Positions 24,685 through 38,532 of a stretch of DNA of 64,000 bases are shown one piece after another. The DNA is taken from positions 10,354,001 to 10,418,000 of the forward strand of contig CM060731.1 of NCBI GenBank assembly GCA_030704615.1, given 5' to 3'. The stretch is from Takakia lepidozioides (lineage: Eukaryota > Plantae > Bryophyta). A model generated the notes under the pieces. The model was given only the letters and a program-made list of their open reading frames with translations, had not been told where the DNA came from and did no database searches. Every line of letters starts with the position of its first letter. Within the stretch, counting starts at the first letter, position 1. The position numbers and the translations under genes are program-made.

Positions 24685-26392
24685 GTGGACAATTGGGGCT
24701 CTACATGGGAGATGCATTTGGATACTTGAATAGAAGATTGCACTTTAGATGGGCCTCGACATAGGAGATGCATTTGGGACGTTATATAGGAAATTACACT
24801 TGGTCTTAGATTTCAATTCTTCACACACGGGCCAACGACATAGGCTATACTAGAGGTCGCACTTGGGCCTTGACATGGGAGACGCGCTGGGATACATAGA
24901 AGATCTTACACTTGGGCTTAGATGACAGTGGACACTTGGGCCAACGGCACTTGCATGCTACCCTAGATGTCGCATTTGGGCCTCGACATATGAGACGCAC
25001 TTGGATACATAGGGGATTGCACTTGGACTTAGATGACACTGGACACTTGGGCCAACGGCAAATGCTACCCTAGAGGTTGCATTTGGGCCTCGACATAGAG
25101 ATGCACTTTGATACATAGGGGATTGCACTTGGACTTAGATGGGCCTTGACATAAGAGACGCACATAGGAGACGCCAAAGTTGGATGCATAGGAGATTGCA
25201 CTTGGGCTAAGATGACATTGGACACTTGGGCCAACGACACATGCTACCCTAGTCATCTATGAAGCAAGACGTTTGTTTTGTTTTGTTTTGTTTTGTCACG
25301 TTGAGATGTCCCAAACCGCAAGGCCCCAATGCTGGTGCTTGGTATCGTTGGAAAGCCCTCGACGAGGAGGGGTGCACGGGCTTGGTCTCATGATTTTTGG
25401 ACATGCGGTGTGGGAGATGTGGAATTCCAAGTACTTTTGGTCGCTGGAAATTCACGAAAAATAGCAAAAATGGCAACTTAGTGGGCATTCATGGGACAAT
25501 GGTTGGAGCCTCGATGGGAGAGAAATCAAGGGAAAGGTCTCCGGTTCAAATCTGGTCGTAGGCTCTGTGGAAAAAAACTGATTAGACTTAGATGACATTG
25601 GACACTTGGGCCAACGGCACAGGCTACCTTAGGGCCTAGAGGTTGCACTTGGGCCTTGACATATGAGACGCACTTGGATACATAGTAGATTGGACTTGGG
25701 CTTAGATAACAGTGGACAATTGGGGCTCTACATGGGAGATACACTTGGATACATGAATAGAAGATTGCACTTGGGCTTAGATTTCAATTCATCACACATG
25801 GGCCAATGGCATAGGCTACATTAGAGGTCGCACTTGGGCCTCGACATAGGAGACCCACTTGGATACATAAGAAATTACACTTGGGCTTAGATTTCAATTC
25901 TTCACACATGGGCCTTGACATAGGAGACGCTACTTGAATACATAGGGGATTGCACTTGGACTTAGATTTCAATTTTTAACACGTGGGCCAATGGCGCAAG
26001 CTACCCCAGGCCTGGATCTCCCAAACAGGAGGGTCTCTAGATACATAAGGGATACATAGGGTACAGGCTATCCTAGAGGTTGCACTTGGGCCTCGACCTA
26101 GGAGACCTACTGGGATACATAGAAGATCTTACACTTGGACTTAGATGACACTTGACACTTGGGGCCACGGCTCATGCTACCTTAGAGGTCGCATTTGGGC
26201 CTCGCCATAGGAGAGACACTGGGATACATATTGTATTTGATCTTAGATTTCAATTCTTCACACACATGGGCCATAGGCACATGCTACCCGCATTAGGATA
26301 CATAGAAGATCTTACACTTGGGCTTAGATGATAGTGGACCCTTGGGCTTAGATGACGCTGGACACTTGGGCCAACGGCACATACTACCCTAG
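24685..26392 (+). repeat. Degenerate ~100-bp tandem array (CACTTGGGC sub-repeats) in two blocks, 24685-25252 and ~25585-26392
   Basis: Reiterated GGACACTTGGGCCAACGGCAC..TGCTACCCTAGAGGTTGCACTTGGGCCTCGACATAGGAGACGCACTTGGATACATAG..TTGCACTTGGACTTAGATG. Confidence 0.9.
25256..26392 (+). mobile_element. Putative non-autonomous Helitron
   Basis: a|TCTAT... start and ...TGGGCCAACGGCACA (hairpin)-tactacc-CTAG|t end; sits in an A|T context without TSD. Confidence 0.5.
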
Positions 26393-27138
26393 TATATTAA
26401 AAATTTACAAAGATGCTAATTTTATTTTTTCTATTTTGATATCAATTATTTTTAATATTTTATTGAGGGAAACACCCTCATGACCGCTCTTCACAAATCA
26501 GGCCCCTTAATTATAGTTAGAGGATACAATAACCTCTTTCAAAGTAACCTCGCCATGAGGAATATCAAGACATTAGAAGAAGTGATAGCCGTCCAACACT
26601 GCTACCGAGCGTGTGGCTGGATGACCTTGGTTCAGGCATGCATGCAGCTTTTAGGGTTTGATTTGTAGGGTGCTTCGGTGTTAGATGTTTGAGGATTGAT
26701 GGTGAACAGGAGACGACCACACTGGGATATCACAGGTGCAGTTTTTAGGGGCCAGGTTCGCTCTCTCAACTAAAACCGTTTTGCATTATAATGAGCATGG
26801 AACCAATCCTATTATTATTAATGCTTCACTTTTCAGGAATATATGTGCCATAGTCATGCAATTTTTGGCCTTTGGCTGCAGGTTCTGAAAGCTTGTCACT
26901 TTTATTATGTACAGGATCCATAGCCGCCATCTTCAGAAATCAGAGACTTGTGTGTGCTTCATTCACTCTGTCGTTCAGACTTCAGACCTACCACAAAACT
27001 CCATACAAATGTGCTTCAAGATCAACATCTTGAGACTGGCACCAAGTCGCCAAGTGGTGAACAGCTATGTGAAAAGACAACAAACTCAGAAGTGAGGGTT
27101 TCTTCTGAAGTATAGAACTATCCTTGTGATGTTTGTTC

Positions 27139-27765
27139 TAGTGTTGGAGTGGTATACCTGGTTTAACCTAGGTATGGTATACAGGTATGAATATATATAT
27201 TGAAGAACATACCAGTCGGGTATGAAAGAACCAGTGTACCCATGTGATACACGTAATGGGGGAGTATGGCTTTAGGATTCCCCGCACACATACCATACCA
27301 GTCTGGATATATGGAGGAATAGCATGGTCCCAATACCAATATTGCGGTGAGTTCATGGCGAATGGAGATAGGTACGAGTATATGTTAGTGCAGCTAGTTA
27401 TACCCTGTACTACAATTTGGTTAATTCAAGGCTCCATGTTGCAATTTAGACTTCATTTGCTGTTTCACGCTCCTTTGGGTTACCTTTGCCTAGTGTTTCA
27501 CGGCTTGGATTAAAAATAGCTATGTGCTAAATGACATTTATTTCTAAGTATGGTGAGCTGTAGAAATATCATACCAGTGCTCATACCCCCAGTATCACTA
27601 CAGAGAAAGGGCAATACCAGCACCATACTCATATACAGCCCAAAGTACAACTACTCATACCAGATTCATACCCAAGTTGCTCATACCTGTATAGATACCT
27701 ATACAGGGACCCTTCATACCAGGACCAGTCTGGTATTAAAAAATGGACATTCCCGTCCAACACTG
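27139..27765. mobile_element. Possible MITE-like remnant
   Basis: Inverted ends TAGTGTTGGA / TCCAACACTG with (TG)GTAT/ATACC-rich interior; similar motifs at 40068 and 59309; no TSD found. Confidence 0.3.
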
Positions 27766-28763
27766 TAACTGACCAGGACAGGGATAGGCCAATACAAACT
27801 TTGATCCAACCAGCTCACCTTTTCAAGACTTAAGGTAGCCATGTAAAGAAGCACAAGACACAAGGATATCTCAAGGCCAAAGCAAGCACCTGCACACGAC
27901 CTCTATAGCTCCATGACTAAAACTTGGCAGTCTAAGTTTAGTGAAACCTAAGAAACTACCCATGATACTTTTTAAGGGTTAAGTTTTGTCACTTCATGGT
28001 CTCCCAACCCATCCGGTGAGGCAATCCGACATTGTTTAGCAGGCCCAATTCCTTTGACCTATCAAACTCAACAAATTTTTTGCATGCTATTGCTGCTATG
28101 TGAGCCTCCAAGGCACAGTAGGTGTATGTGTGGAGTGTAGGGCAAGGGAATTCAAGGATGAAGATCTGTGGTGGGGGGGGGGAGGGGCGCTAGGCTGAGT
28201 GAGAGAAGAATTCTTCTCCCATCCAGTAAGGCAGGCACATAATGTCATAATGTCCAGCAGGCCCAATCTCCTACTTCAGGGAGCTAGACACAGAGGAATA
28301 TATGTAGAGAAATATAACAGAGGTCCACAAGTTCACCCCCGTATCACTAGGTGCAAACAGATAAGGGTAATTTCCGTTACAGCATGTAACAATTGTCACA
28401 GTTTGCAACATTCCATTGATCAAACAGTCATCCTAGTCATATGCCATCTCCCTCAATACAATCCATGTGAACATCAACTCGCTATCTCCCAGAGTAAATC
28501 CCCACTAAAGATTCATCTACATACTCACATCACCCTGCTATTTGTACTCAAATTGTTGCTACAAATGTGCACAAGCACACCCTTACATGAACTCAGTCTG
28601 CAGAAAACTCAGTCTGCAGAGGTGTGATAGATTGTAATAGCAAATAGTGCGGTAAATGATCAGGGAGCCATATACATAGAAGACACTTACAAAATGTGGA
28701 CAGCCGTATAAGGAACAAGATGCTTTATTGTGCTAGTACTTATATCACGAATCCTGCATAAAT

Positions 28764-30371
<1,608 letters not shown>

Positions 30372-30510
30372 TCAAATCTTACAGAAACACCTACAAGCGC
30401 AAACTCTAGCACTACACAGAGAGAAAGCTGAGAGGAGACTGAGAACTCAGAGAGAGCGCTCTACAATTCCCAAGCAAGTAAGAAGTGAGAAGAGAGAGCG
30501 AAGGCCTGCG

Positions 30511-30518
30511 TTTATATA
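30511..30518 (-). promoter_or_regulatory. TATA box of the polyubiquitin gene
   Basis: TATATAAA on the minus strand ~150 bp upstream of ATG, followed by a CT-rich leader. Confidence 0.7.
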
Positions 30519-30892
30519 ACGCAGAACAGCAAAGAAAAAGTTAAGGAAAAGTAAACAAGAGATGGCGAAGGAGCTGCTCGAGAAACACGAGGCCTTCGCC
30601 GAACCTCACACCCCACCGGCCATAGCCGGTCGTCGTTCTGCCTTCTTCTGTACATTTTACCTTTATTCCATCTTTTCCATATTAACCTGTAGTAACGTAG
30701 TAACTAGTAACCTTAACCCTTAAGTTCCCAAGCGACCTGAATCGGGTCACTTTGAATTTGCAGTTCGACCTAATTTTGCAGATCTAATCTGATGGGCCCC
30801 ACTCCTGAAGCTTTAATGACAAGGGATTTGTCTCGAGTATGATTAAAAAAACAAAAGCTTTTACATACAAAAAATATCTTAGATCTCTGCAC

Positions 30893-30980
30893 TTGAGCAG
30901 GTAGCCCAGTGGTTGGGTGTGTCTGCCTTACCTGTGCATAACCTAGGTGATCCTGGGTTCAATCCTTCAACATGTGCCTT
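30893..30980 (+). mobile_element. tRNA-derived SINE-like head
   Basis: A-box-like TAGCCCAGTGG and B-box-like GGTTCAATCC at tRNA-like spacing; no valid cloverleaf. Confidence 0.45.
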
Positions 30981-32375
30981 CAGACCGTCAATTGGGCCCT
31001 CGATGGCATGTGTGTTGAGCAGTAGGCTCTGTAAATTCACTGGACGTTAAAGAATCTTTATCTCATTTACGTTTTGGGGCCTGAAAAGGACTTGTTGACT
31101 GCTGACGTGGCAGGTAAACAAGCCCAAAACAGATTGCATTCCAAAAGCCATTTTTGGCAGAAAATTAGCAATTTTGGAAAAAGCACTTCACCTTGTGGTG
31201 AGTGAGCATTACATACACACATCCACCATTGGCTTTTAAAAAATTTGTAGAAAAAAAAGTACTTCATTTGGAGGCACATTTTCTCTTGTCAATTTTGAGA
31301 TTTCTACCCCTATGTAATTGCAAGCATAGCAACCATAGGTGAAAAAATCAGTTGGACCTGCAATTTAGTGGGGTCATAGCCACTCCACTATTGATTTGGA
31401 AATGGTGGGTCTTGGGGCAAGCAAAATTGGATAAAGCTAGGTTTTAATTTTGTCAAACCAATTTCTTTCTCACTTTTTATTTGGGACCTGATATTTGAGG
31501 TCCGGGCAAACGCTATAATCTCACAATTTCCACGGTGGAATTGGCTCCTTTTTTTGGTATGTTATGCATAAATGAGCTGGGCCCATTGCTATAAGGCTGG
31601 AATCTCTGGATGATTTTTGGTAGGTTTCTAGGGGCAATTTACTGCAGCTGGGTACCCAAAATTGATAAAATCAAAAAAGGGCTTGGAACTTATTGGTTAA
31701 CTAAAAGTAAACGAAGAAACTAAACAACAACTAAATTTACCCTACCCTAATATGTACCCCCACTACCCCCACTGTGACTGGGTTTCTCCTACTTCCATCT
31801 TTTCCTTTTTAACCTCTTCTAAATGTAAAGTTGAAAAACTGAAAAGGACTAGACTAAAATTACCCTATCCTAAAGTCTGTGACCGGAAATCCCAGTGACG
31901 CACGACCGGAGAAGTCGGTAACCGGCCCTCGGGGGACTGGAAGGTTCGGGAAGATGCCGGCGGTGGACAAACGGTCTCGACGATGAAAGCGGAGACGGAC
32001 GTTGACGAAAGGCACCGACGCGTCGGTGACACGCTAGGGAAGAGCCAACAGAGTGTTGGTCTCTCATTTTGGGCGTCACTAGTGGAACTTCGCAATCGAA
32101 CAAGCAGCAAGTTAGTATCGTCCTTATGGAGCAAGCATTTTGGAAGCCTCAAAGAGGCCCTCAAAGGAAGGCTAACTCTGGAGAGCGAGCATGCAGTGCA
32201 CAACAATGACAATGAGCCAGGGTTAGACTCGAAAGTTATCGCCAAAAGGATTGTCATACTGCTCATAGCCTCTTGATAAAGTAGCTTCCCACTACAAACA
32301 AGTGTTTCCTTGAATCTCACAAGGGGTGCCAGCCTCTTTACTGAACAATCTGCTATAATTCAACAATCACAGCTG

Positions 32376-32884
32376 TTATCCATCAGCTGTCCATGTAAAT
32401 GCAAGAAGCCCAAGCCCAAGAGAGGTGGAAAGTATGAACCCCCCAAACACATACAAGGTCCACCTTGATATCTTTGTTTCCTTCCCAGCTTTCTCCATCT
32501 TATCCAACATGCCCCTGATTCTATCAATATCCCCATCTTTTGCCGCTTTCACAATATCCCCTTCCATTGCAGCAAATTGCTTCATTCTTAACTCTTTTGC
32601 CTGGTCTCGACTTGACCAGATAAAACTGGTAATCCTCCACAGCAAAATCCCCATATAAATCCCTGCAACGACATCCACACTGTAGTGATGTCGTTCTCGA
32701 ATCTCACGCTGTGCTGAATGTACGACCAACAGCCATACTAGCACTGAAGTCCACCCCGGATACGCTTCCTGCATGTACCAAGCACCAATTATCAGCCCCT
32801 TGAGTTCACTGGCCTGATAAGATTCCCTTTACAGTCAAGTGAATTCATTTTAGACTTCCAAATGATCTGCATTTTCCCATGGCA

Positions 32885-32925
<41 letters not shown>

Positions 32926-35900
32926 CTTGGATGAAGCTGACCTGGAGGGGTTGTGTCTAAAGCCAAGTCTGATGCCCAAAGACTGTCCGATGAATTTAAA
33001 CTCGGGGTGGAGAGCCTATCTTGAACAATAAACAGATGCAGAGAGGAAAAGGAGATCGTAATTGCCCAATGTGCAGGCAACCTGAAGACAATCTCCATTT
33101 TCTGATACATTGTCCGGGGTATTCTCCCCAGAGAGTGACCCTCTTCAGGAACGTCAAGAACATGGTCCCTGCGTGTCTGTTCACCAACTTCGAAAATCTC
33201 GAGGCTGAGCCTAAAGCCCTGGCCCTGTTGGGTCTAACTTTTCGGCTGCTCACACACAGCAGATTGATGCTTGTGTGGAGGGCTTTCTAGAGGATATCTG
33301 GAAAGCCCGAACTAGTTGTTTATACGAAGGTGTCACGTGAGCCCCTCACAAAGGTAGTACCTTTTCCCTATGTTTCTGTCCAAACTGGGCGTGGGGCCTA
33401 TTCTTATGACTACATCCTTTTCTTTGTTACTACACTCAAGAATTGCTTGATCGCTCTCTCTCTATCCTTGAATCCTAGTGAACAAACAGGACATTTGATG
33501 GTGAATTAGTCCATGATGTCTTGTGCTAGGCTCTGTAGCAGCAACATACTGTAGTATATGTGTACACCTTCAACATGATCCGGTCAATGTACATTGCTCT
33601 CGCCCGTCTACTGTAGCCAATGCCTTGTGTTAGAATTAGGAAACCTGAAAATGAGAGGCTTGAGGATTTTTCTCTCTCTATCTCTTTCTTTCCTTGAACG
33701 TCAGATGGTGGGGCCAGTTGCCACATATGACTAATATCAGATATCCTGAGTTAATCGACTCTATATCTTGGACGCAGGATCACCCTGTCAAACAGGCTAA
33801 GCCCTGGCGGAAGAGAGTAGAAGAGATTCTCAAGGATCTGAATCTAAGTCCGCAAGCCTTTCTTATCCCTGCTGGATAAATCTGACTTAGAGGCGGTACT
33901 GTCCAAAGCAATGTCTGTCGCCAGGAAATTGTCTGATGAAAATGATAGGCAGAAAACTTCCCTGAACTTGTTTCCAGTTTGTGACATGGGAGAGGCCATC
34001 ATGGATGACCTCAAGGGTTTACCCACCCTCGGCACTAGACTGAAATTTAAACTCAAGGCGGGAAGCCTACCTTTGAACAGCAAACAGAAGCAGAGAGGAA
34101 AGGGGGATTGCAAATGCCCGTTGTGTGGGCAACCTGAAGACAATATTCACTTTCTGATTCATTGTCCTAGGTACTCTAACCAGAGAGACGTCCTCTTCAA
34201 ATCCATCAAGGGAATTGTGCCTGTACCCCTGTTTACCAACTTTGAAAGTCTCGAGGCTGAGCCAAAAGCCCAGGCCCTTTTGAGGCCTAGTTATTGGGCA
34301 AACCACACACAGCAGATTGATGCTTGTGTAAAGGGATTTCTAGAGGATATCTGGAAAACTCAGATGAATTGTCTGTTCGAAGGTAAGTCATACTACCGGT
34401 GTCAGCCCGTGACAAAGGTAGTTTCTGTCCCTTTGTGTTCTGCTCAAACTGAGTGCAGGGTCAATGGCCACAAGGCTACGGCAACAACGTCTTATGAATA
34501 CATTCTTTCCTTGAATGTGGCTAAGTTCTTTGTAACAGCATTCAAGAATTGCCTGATCACGTTATTCTGTTCAGAATTTTCTGCCTAGAATGGAACAGGA
34601 AATTGGAGAACGGGATGACTCATTAGGATGAATCATCAGGGTTCTCTGTAGGTCTTAACCTAAAGCAGCTGCCTACAAGGCCTGGCCACTCTTCTCATTT
34701 GGAAGAGGAGCAGGCAAGAGCTGAAGGAGCTGAATCATTTACTGCTGAACTATGGCTACAAGTAAGGTATCCAGTCAGACTCCTCAACCACTTTGAAGGG
34801 CTGCTTAGTATGGCAACACAAAGAGAGTTGACACCATGAGGAACTTACCTGGAACTTACCTGGACTTGACTGAGTTCTGCTCTGAATCTATGAATGCTTT
34901 TGCAAATCAAAGGCCTCCATATGTCCCCTTGCTGTAGTACTCGGCTCAGTAACACCTACCTTTTGGGAATGGGTGCTTGAACAAAACGAAGTTAGGCATA
35001 AAACTTCCGTGAACTTGTTTCCAGTTTGTGACATGTGAAGGGCCTACCTACCCTTGGCCCTAGACTGAAATTTAAACTCAGGGTGGGGAGTCTACCTTTG
35101 AACAAAAAACAGGTGCAGAGAGGAAAGGGAGCTTGTCAATGCCTGATGTGCGGGCGGCCTCAAGACAATATCCATTTTCTGATACAATGTCCGGGGGTAT
35201 TCTCATCAGAGAGCGACCCTCTTCAGGACCATCAAGAACATAGTCCCTGTACCTCAATTCACCAACTTTTAAAATCTTGAGGCTGAGACTGAAGCCAAGG
35301 CCCTATTTGCTGGGCAGCTCACACACAGCAGGTTGATGGTTGTGTGAAGGGATTTTAGAGATTGTTTATACCAAGGTATCCCACTACTGGAGTGAGACCC
35401 TCACAAAGCTAGTGTCCGGTGATCGTTCCCTCTTGTTCCGCCAGACTGGGCACAGGGTCCATGGCCAAAGGCTACGGCAAACACCTTCTCTCTCTCGCAG
35501 TGCAACCCCAGCCACATGTGTCACATCCATCGCAGGTAGAGGGCCACAGTTGGTATTTAAATTTTCCCAGTTTGATGCCAATGCCAGCTCTTTGACCAAC
35601 ATGCGATTCCTTGTACGTGGAGTGGTTGAAGGAGCACCAAAGCAATTTCAGGATATCCTGGTGATAGAAGCTCCACAATGGGCTCCAGGAGGGTTGACCT
35701 CCAGTGGGAACCATTCCTCCTCCCTCTCAATTCAGTGCTTTGAGACATTCAGAAGAGGAACTCGGAACAAACCTCAAACAACAGCAGTATATTGCAGACA
35801 CCAGCTCATAACAATGACAAGATATATGGGAAGACGCACCGTCCATGCCATGGCAGTAAGGACAGAGACCAGCATGTGGCCACTGAAAATTAAATCATTG

Positions 35901-37849
35901 CAACCACCGCCGGCTCTCTTCAAGGTCGTAAACCAGTTTTCACCCGCGCTGTGAGGGTAAAGCTCAGGGTCTGGGGGTCTTAAAATGTTGACCAGGAACT
36001 GCATGGGTCCCCAGTTTGGGACATACTCGGCTGGGTATTCACCCACTGATGCTGCAAACATAAACACAACCACAACCAAACATGTCGCCTGAATACTGAT
36101 CCAATCTGAAAAACGATCTTTCTAGAGAGATATAGAGAGACGATTCAAGTCTCATCTAGCTGGAACTATTCTTCCTCTATCTTAACACCATTTGACGAGT
36201 TGCACTTGGCCCCTATCGGCAGAAACATCTTCCATGCAATTGCTGCTGCAAAGTCATAGTCGTCATTTCAGCTGTTCCACTCCAGGTGTGCTACCAGATA
36301 AGCATGCACTGACAAACTGATAGACAAGTGAATTTCATGGACAGACGAGATGTTACAGACACCAAAAAAAACACATCTGTCAAGAGACAAGGAAATGACT
36401 TGCCATAGCTCTCATCGCGGTTAATTAGCTCCCGTATACTCTCAGGGTTGTTGGCGTACGGGAAATAGAATTTTTGTGCCCAAGGGTGCGGATAACTGGC
36501 TGTTCGAAAACGAGCATGTGCACACCAAGGTCTTGCCGACGGCAAAATAGTTGACACAAACGTCAAAACACGAATGAGCCGTCCTACCCCCATGGTAAAC
36601 ATATAGCGTGCCCCAATGCCAAGACCGGGGGCTTTGATGCAACCATACAACACAGAGAATGCCAGAAGAAGGAAGAGCATCAGGTAGTGGTGGAGTCCAA
36701 TAACTGGGGCCCGTAGCAGCTGCACGACTGGAGAAGGGAGTTTCTCGTTTAGAGCCAATAACAGCCATTGGCCAATGTCCGGAAGGGGGGCAGATCTCCT
36801 GCAAGAAGTGTACGACATAGAGAAAGTGTGGGTGTGTGCATTGCAGGTTTGGTCCCCCAACTTTCAAGAACAAGCTTTTCAGATATCTTAAACTGGGTGC
36901 AGGAAGGGGAGACCAAAGCAAAGGAAAAGGCATAACAAAGAGAGGAGGTAGGAGAGAAATAACTCTCCAACGCAATAATAGGTGGTGTGCCTAAGATCAG
37001 AAACTATTCTGAACACTGAAAACAACCGGCTGTACAATCATGTCGCAAAATCTTGCCCCAACTCTTGCAGGACACAACTCACAGTCCAAAAATATATTCC
37101 ACATGCACTAAATAAAAGGCCCACACTTGGGCCTCAAACATCATGCTACTGCTAACTTCCGCCTCCCCACTGCAAACGAAAAAAAAACCAACTGGTACAG
37201 ATCTTGGAAATGTCGATGCAGCTCAAGTTCACTTATGATTTCCAGAAAGAAATCTTTACAAAGAAACCATGTGGCTTCGATAGGCAAATCCGACTACTAG
37301 ATTTGCTTCAATATTTAAGGCCCCTTCCTCAAAATCATGTTGCTACCCGAATTTATAGTAGGTCACACATGTCTGTCATGGGGATCCAATTTTCACGCCA
37401 AATTGCTAAACTTATTAATTCTACGAGGAAGCTAAATTCCATACTCATCCCTCGCACGATCCATTTGTCTCCATTCGCAATCAAACCCGAAATCCCATGA
37501 ATTTCTCATTTGTGAGTGTACACAGTACATGGAAACAACACTAGGAGGGTCAGGCTTACCAATGCCAGTCAAGACCCATCACTGTGGTGACGTACTGTAC
37601 CGAAATAGCTTCGATGACCAGAGCGCTCAGCATGAATACTAAAGATCCCACAAACACCCCCACACTGCGAAGCTCGCGATTCCAGTACCCATAGAAAGGA
37701 GCCCGAACTGCTGCTGCAACTGCAAAAAATCCCCATAACAAAGGTCTCAGTCTCTCATGCAGATCTGGTGCTACTTCTCGCAGGTAGTCAACTCCTATGT
37801 AGCAAACCGCTGCCACCCCCAGCGCCTTGGGGTACGAGGCCATCGCCAT
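32376..37849 (-). CDS. PLM: Sphingomyelin-synthase-like PAP2_C protein, PHLOEM UNLOADING MODULATOR homolog; exons 37849-37560, 36798-36404, 36051-35840, 32768-32376 (429 aa)
   Basis: GLDWH, PLPDIGQW, STILPSARPWC, AGGGCNDLIFSGH, HSAQREIRERHHYSVD, AAKDGD recalled as matching Arabidopsis At1g43580; exon lengths sum to 1290 nt with compatible phases. Confidence 0.93.
32887..32921 (+). repeat. (CT)n microsatellite
   Basis: Direct observation. Confidence 0.95.
32935..33400 (+). mobile_element. LINE 3'-end fragment (CCHC zinc knuckle), copy a
   Basis: RNCPMCRQPEDNLHFLIHCPGY; homologous to copies b and c. Confidence 0.7.
33690..34490 (+). mobile_element. LINE 3'-end fragment, copy b
   Basis: KFKLKAGSLPLN...CKCPLCGQPEDNIHFLIHCPRYSNQR...FLEDIWK, typical non-LTR ORF2 C-terminus. 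Confidence 0.75.
34500..34920 (+). repeat. Old dispersed repeat, related to 60490-60845 and partly to 33405-33495
   Basis: Shared TTGAATGT.GCTAAGT...GAATTGCCTGATC..TTATTCTGTT...TTAACCTAA...AGCAGGCAA...TACTGCTG...TATGGCTACAAG.AAGGTA. Confidence 0.7.
34970..35480 (+). mobile_element. LINE 3'-end fragment, copy c
   Basis: KFKLRVGSLPLN...CQCLMCGRPQDNIHFLIQCPG. Confidence 0.7.
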
Positions 37850-38532
37850 CCTCCCTTCGTCTTCCCCACGCCTCGTACATGTTATGTTCCTCGTATCTGC
37901 AACCTGCCCACGTGGTATTTATATCAAAACCATGGATACTACGTGGCAAATGGCTGTTGGTGGGGTTCAAAGAAACATTGCAGCATATTCTTCCTCTCTT
38001 GGCATCTTCTCTCTTTTCTGATTCTCTCTGCGAACAAATTTGTGTTCTAAAGATTCCTTTAGTGGGTGACGCGATGTAGGATTGGGCAGTGCCGAGGTTG
38101 TGGGATTGAACATTGAACGAGCGTGTGCAACGAGATGATGACTGTGTAAGTATTCATTGCCAGTCTCACTCGCGACCGTTGCCTCCTGATTTGGGCCTGG
38201 GTTATGAATTTTAAAATGCAAATTTCTCACAGTAAAACCCTCTTCTTCACTCATGTCTACATCCCCATGTTCGACGTCATACATTTACAGCGATGTCTGT
38301 ATGTGGGCCATCCCATGCTCTGCCATGACATGCACTTCCATACATTGGTGGCAATATATTTAAGTACCATCTCGAGCCATCCCATACCATCGAGTCTGGT
38401 AGTGCATGTTAAAGAAGTTCGTTGGATTGTAGTCATTTCCCGAGCCATTACAAAATCAAAATCGAAGCACAATCCAATGATCACAGCAAATATTTATTAG
38501 AATTATATATACTGGAGTAAACCTATTAATAC

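Noticed and set aside
24685-26392. CRISPR-like appearance of the repeat array
   Set aside because: Degenerate units with no unique spacers, no cas genes, eukaryotic context.
30570-30610. Heat-shock elements in the ubiquitin promoter
   Set aside because: GAA/TTC units lack convincing nGAAn spacing.
31865-32320. 151-aa ORF downstream of PLM
   Set aside because: No recognisable domain; probably UTR or intergenic sequence.
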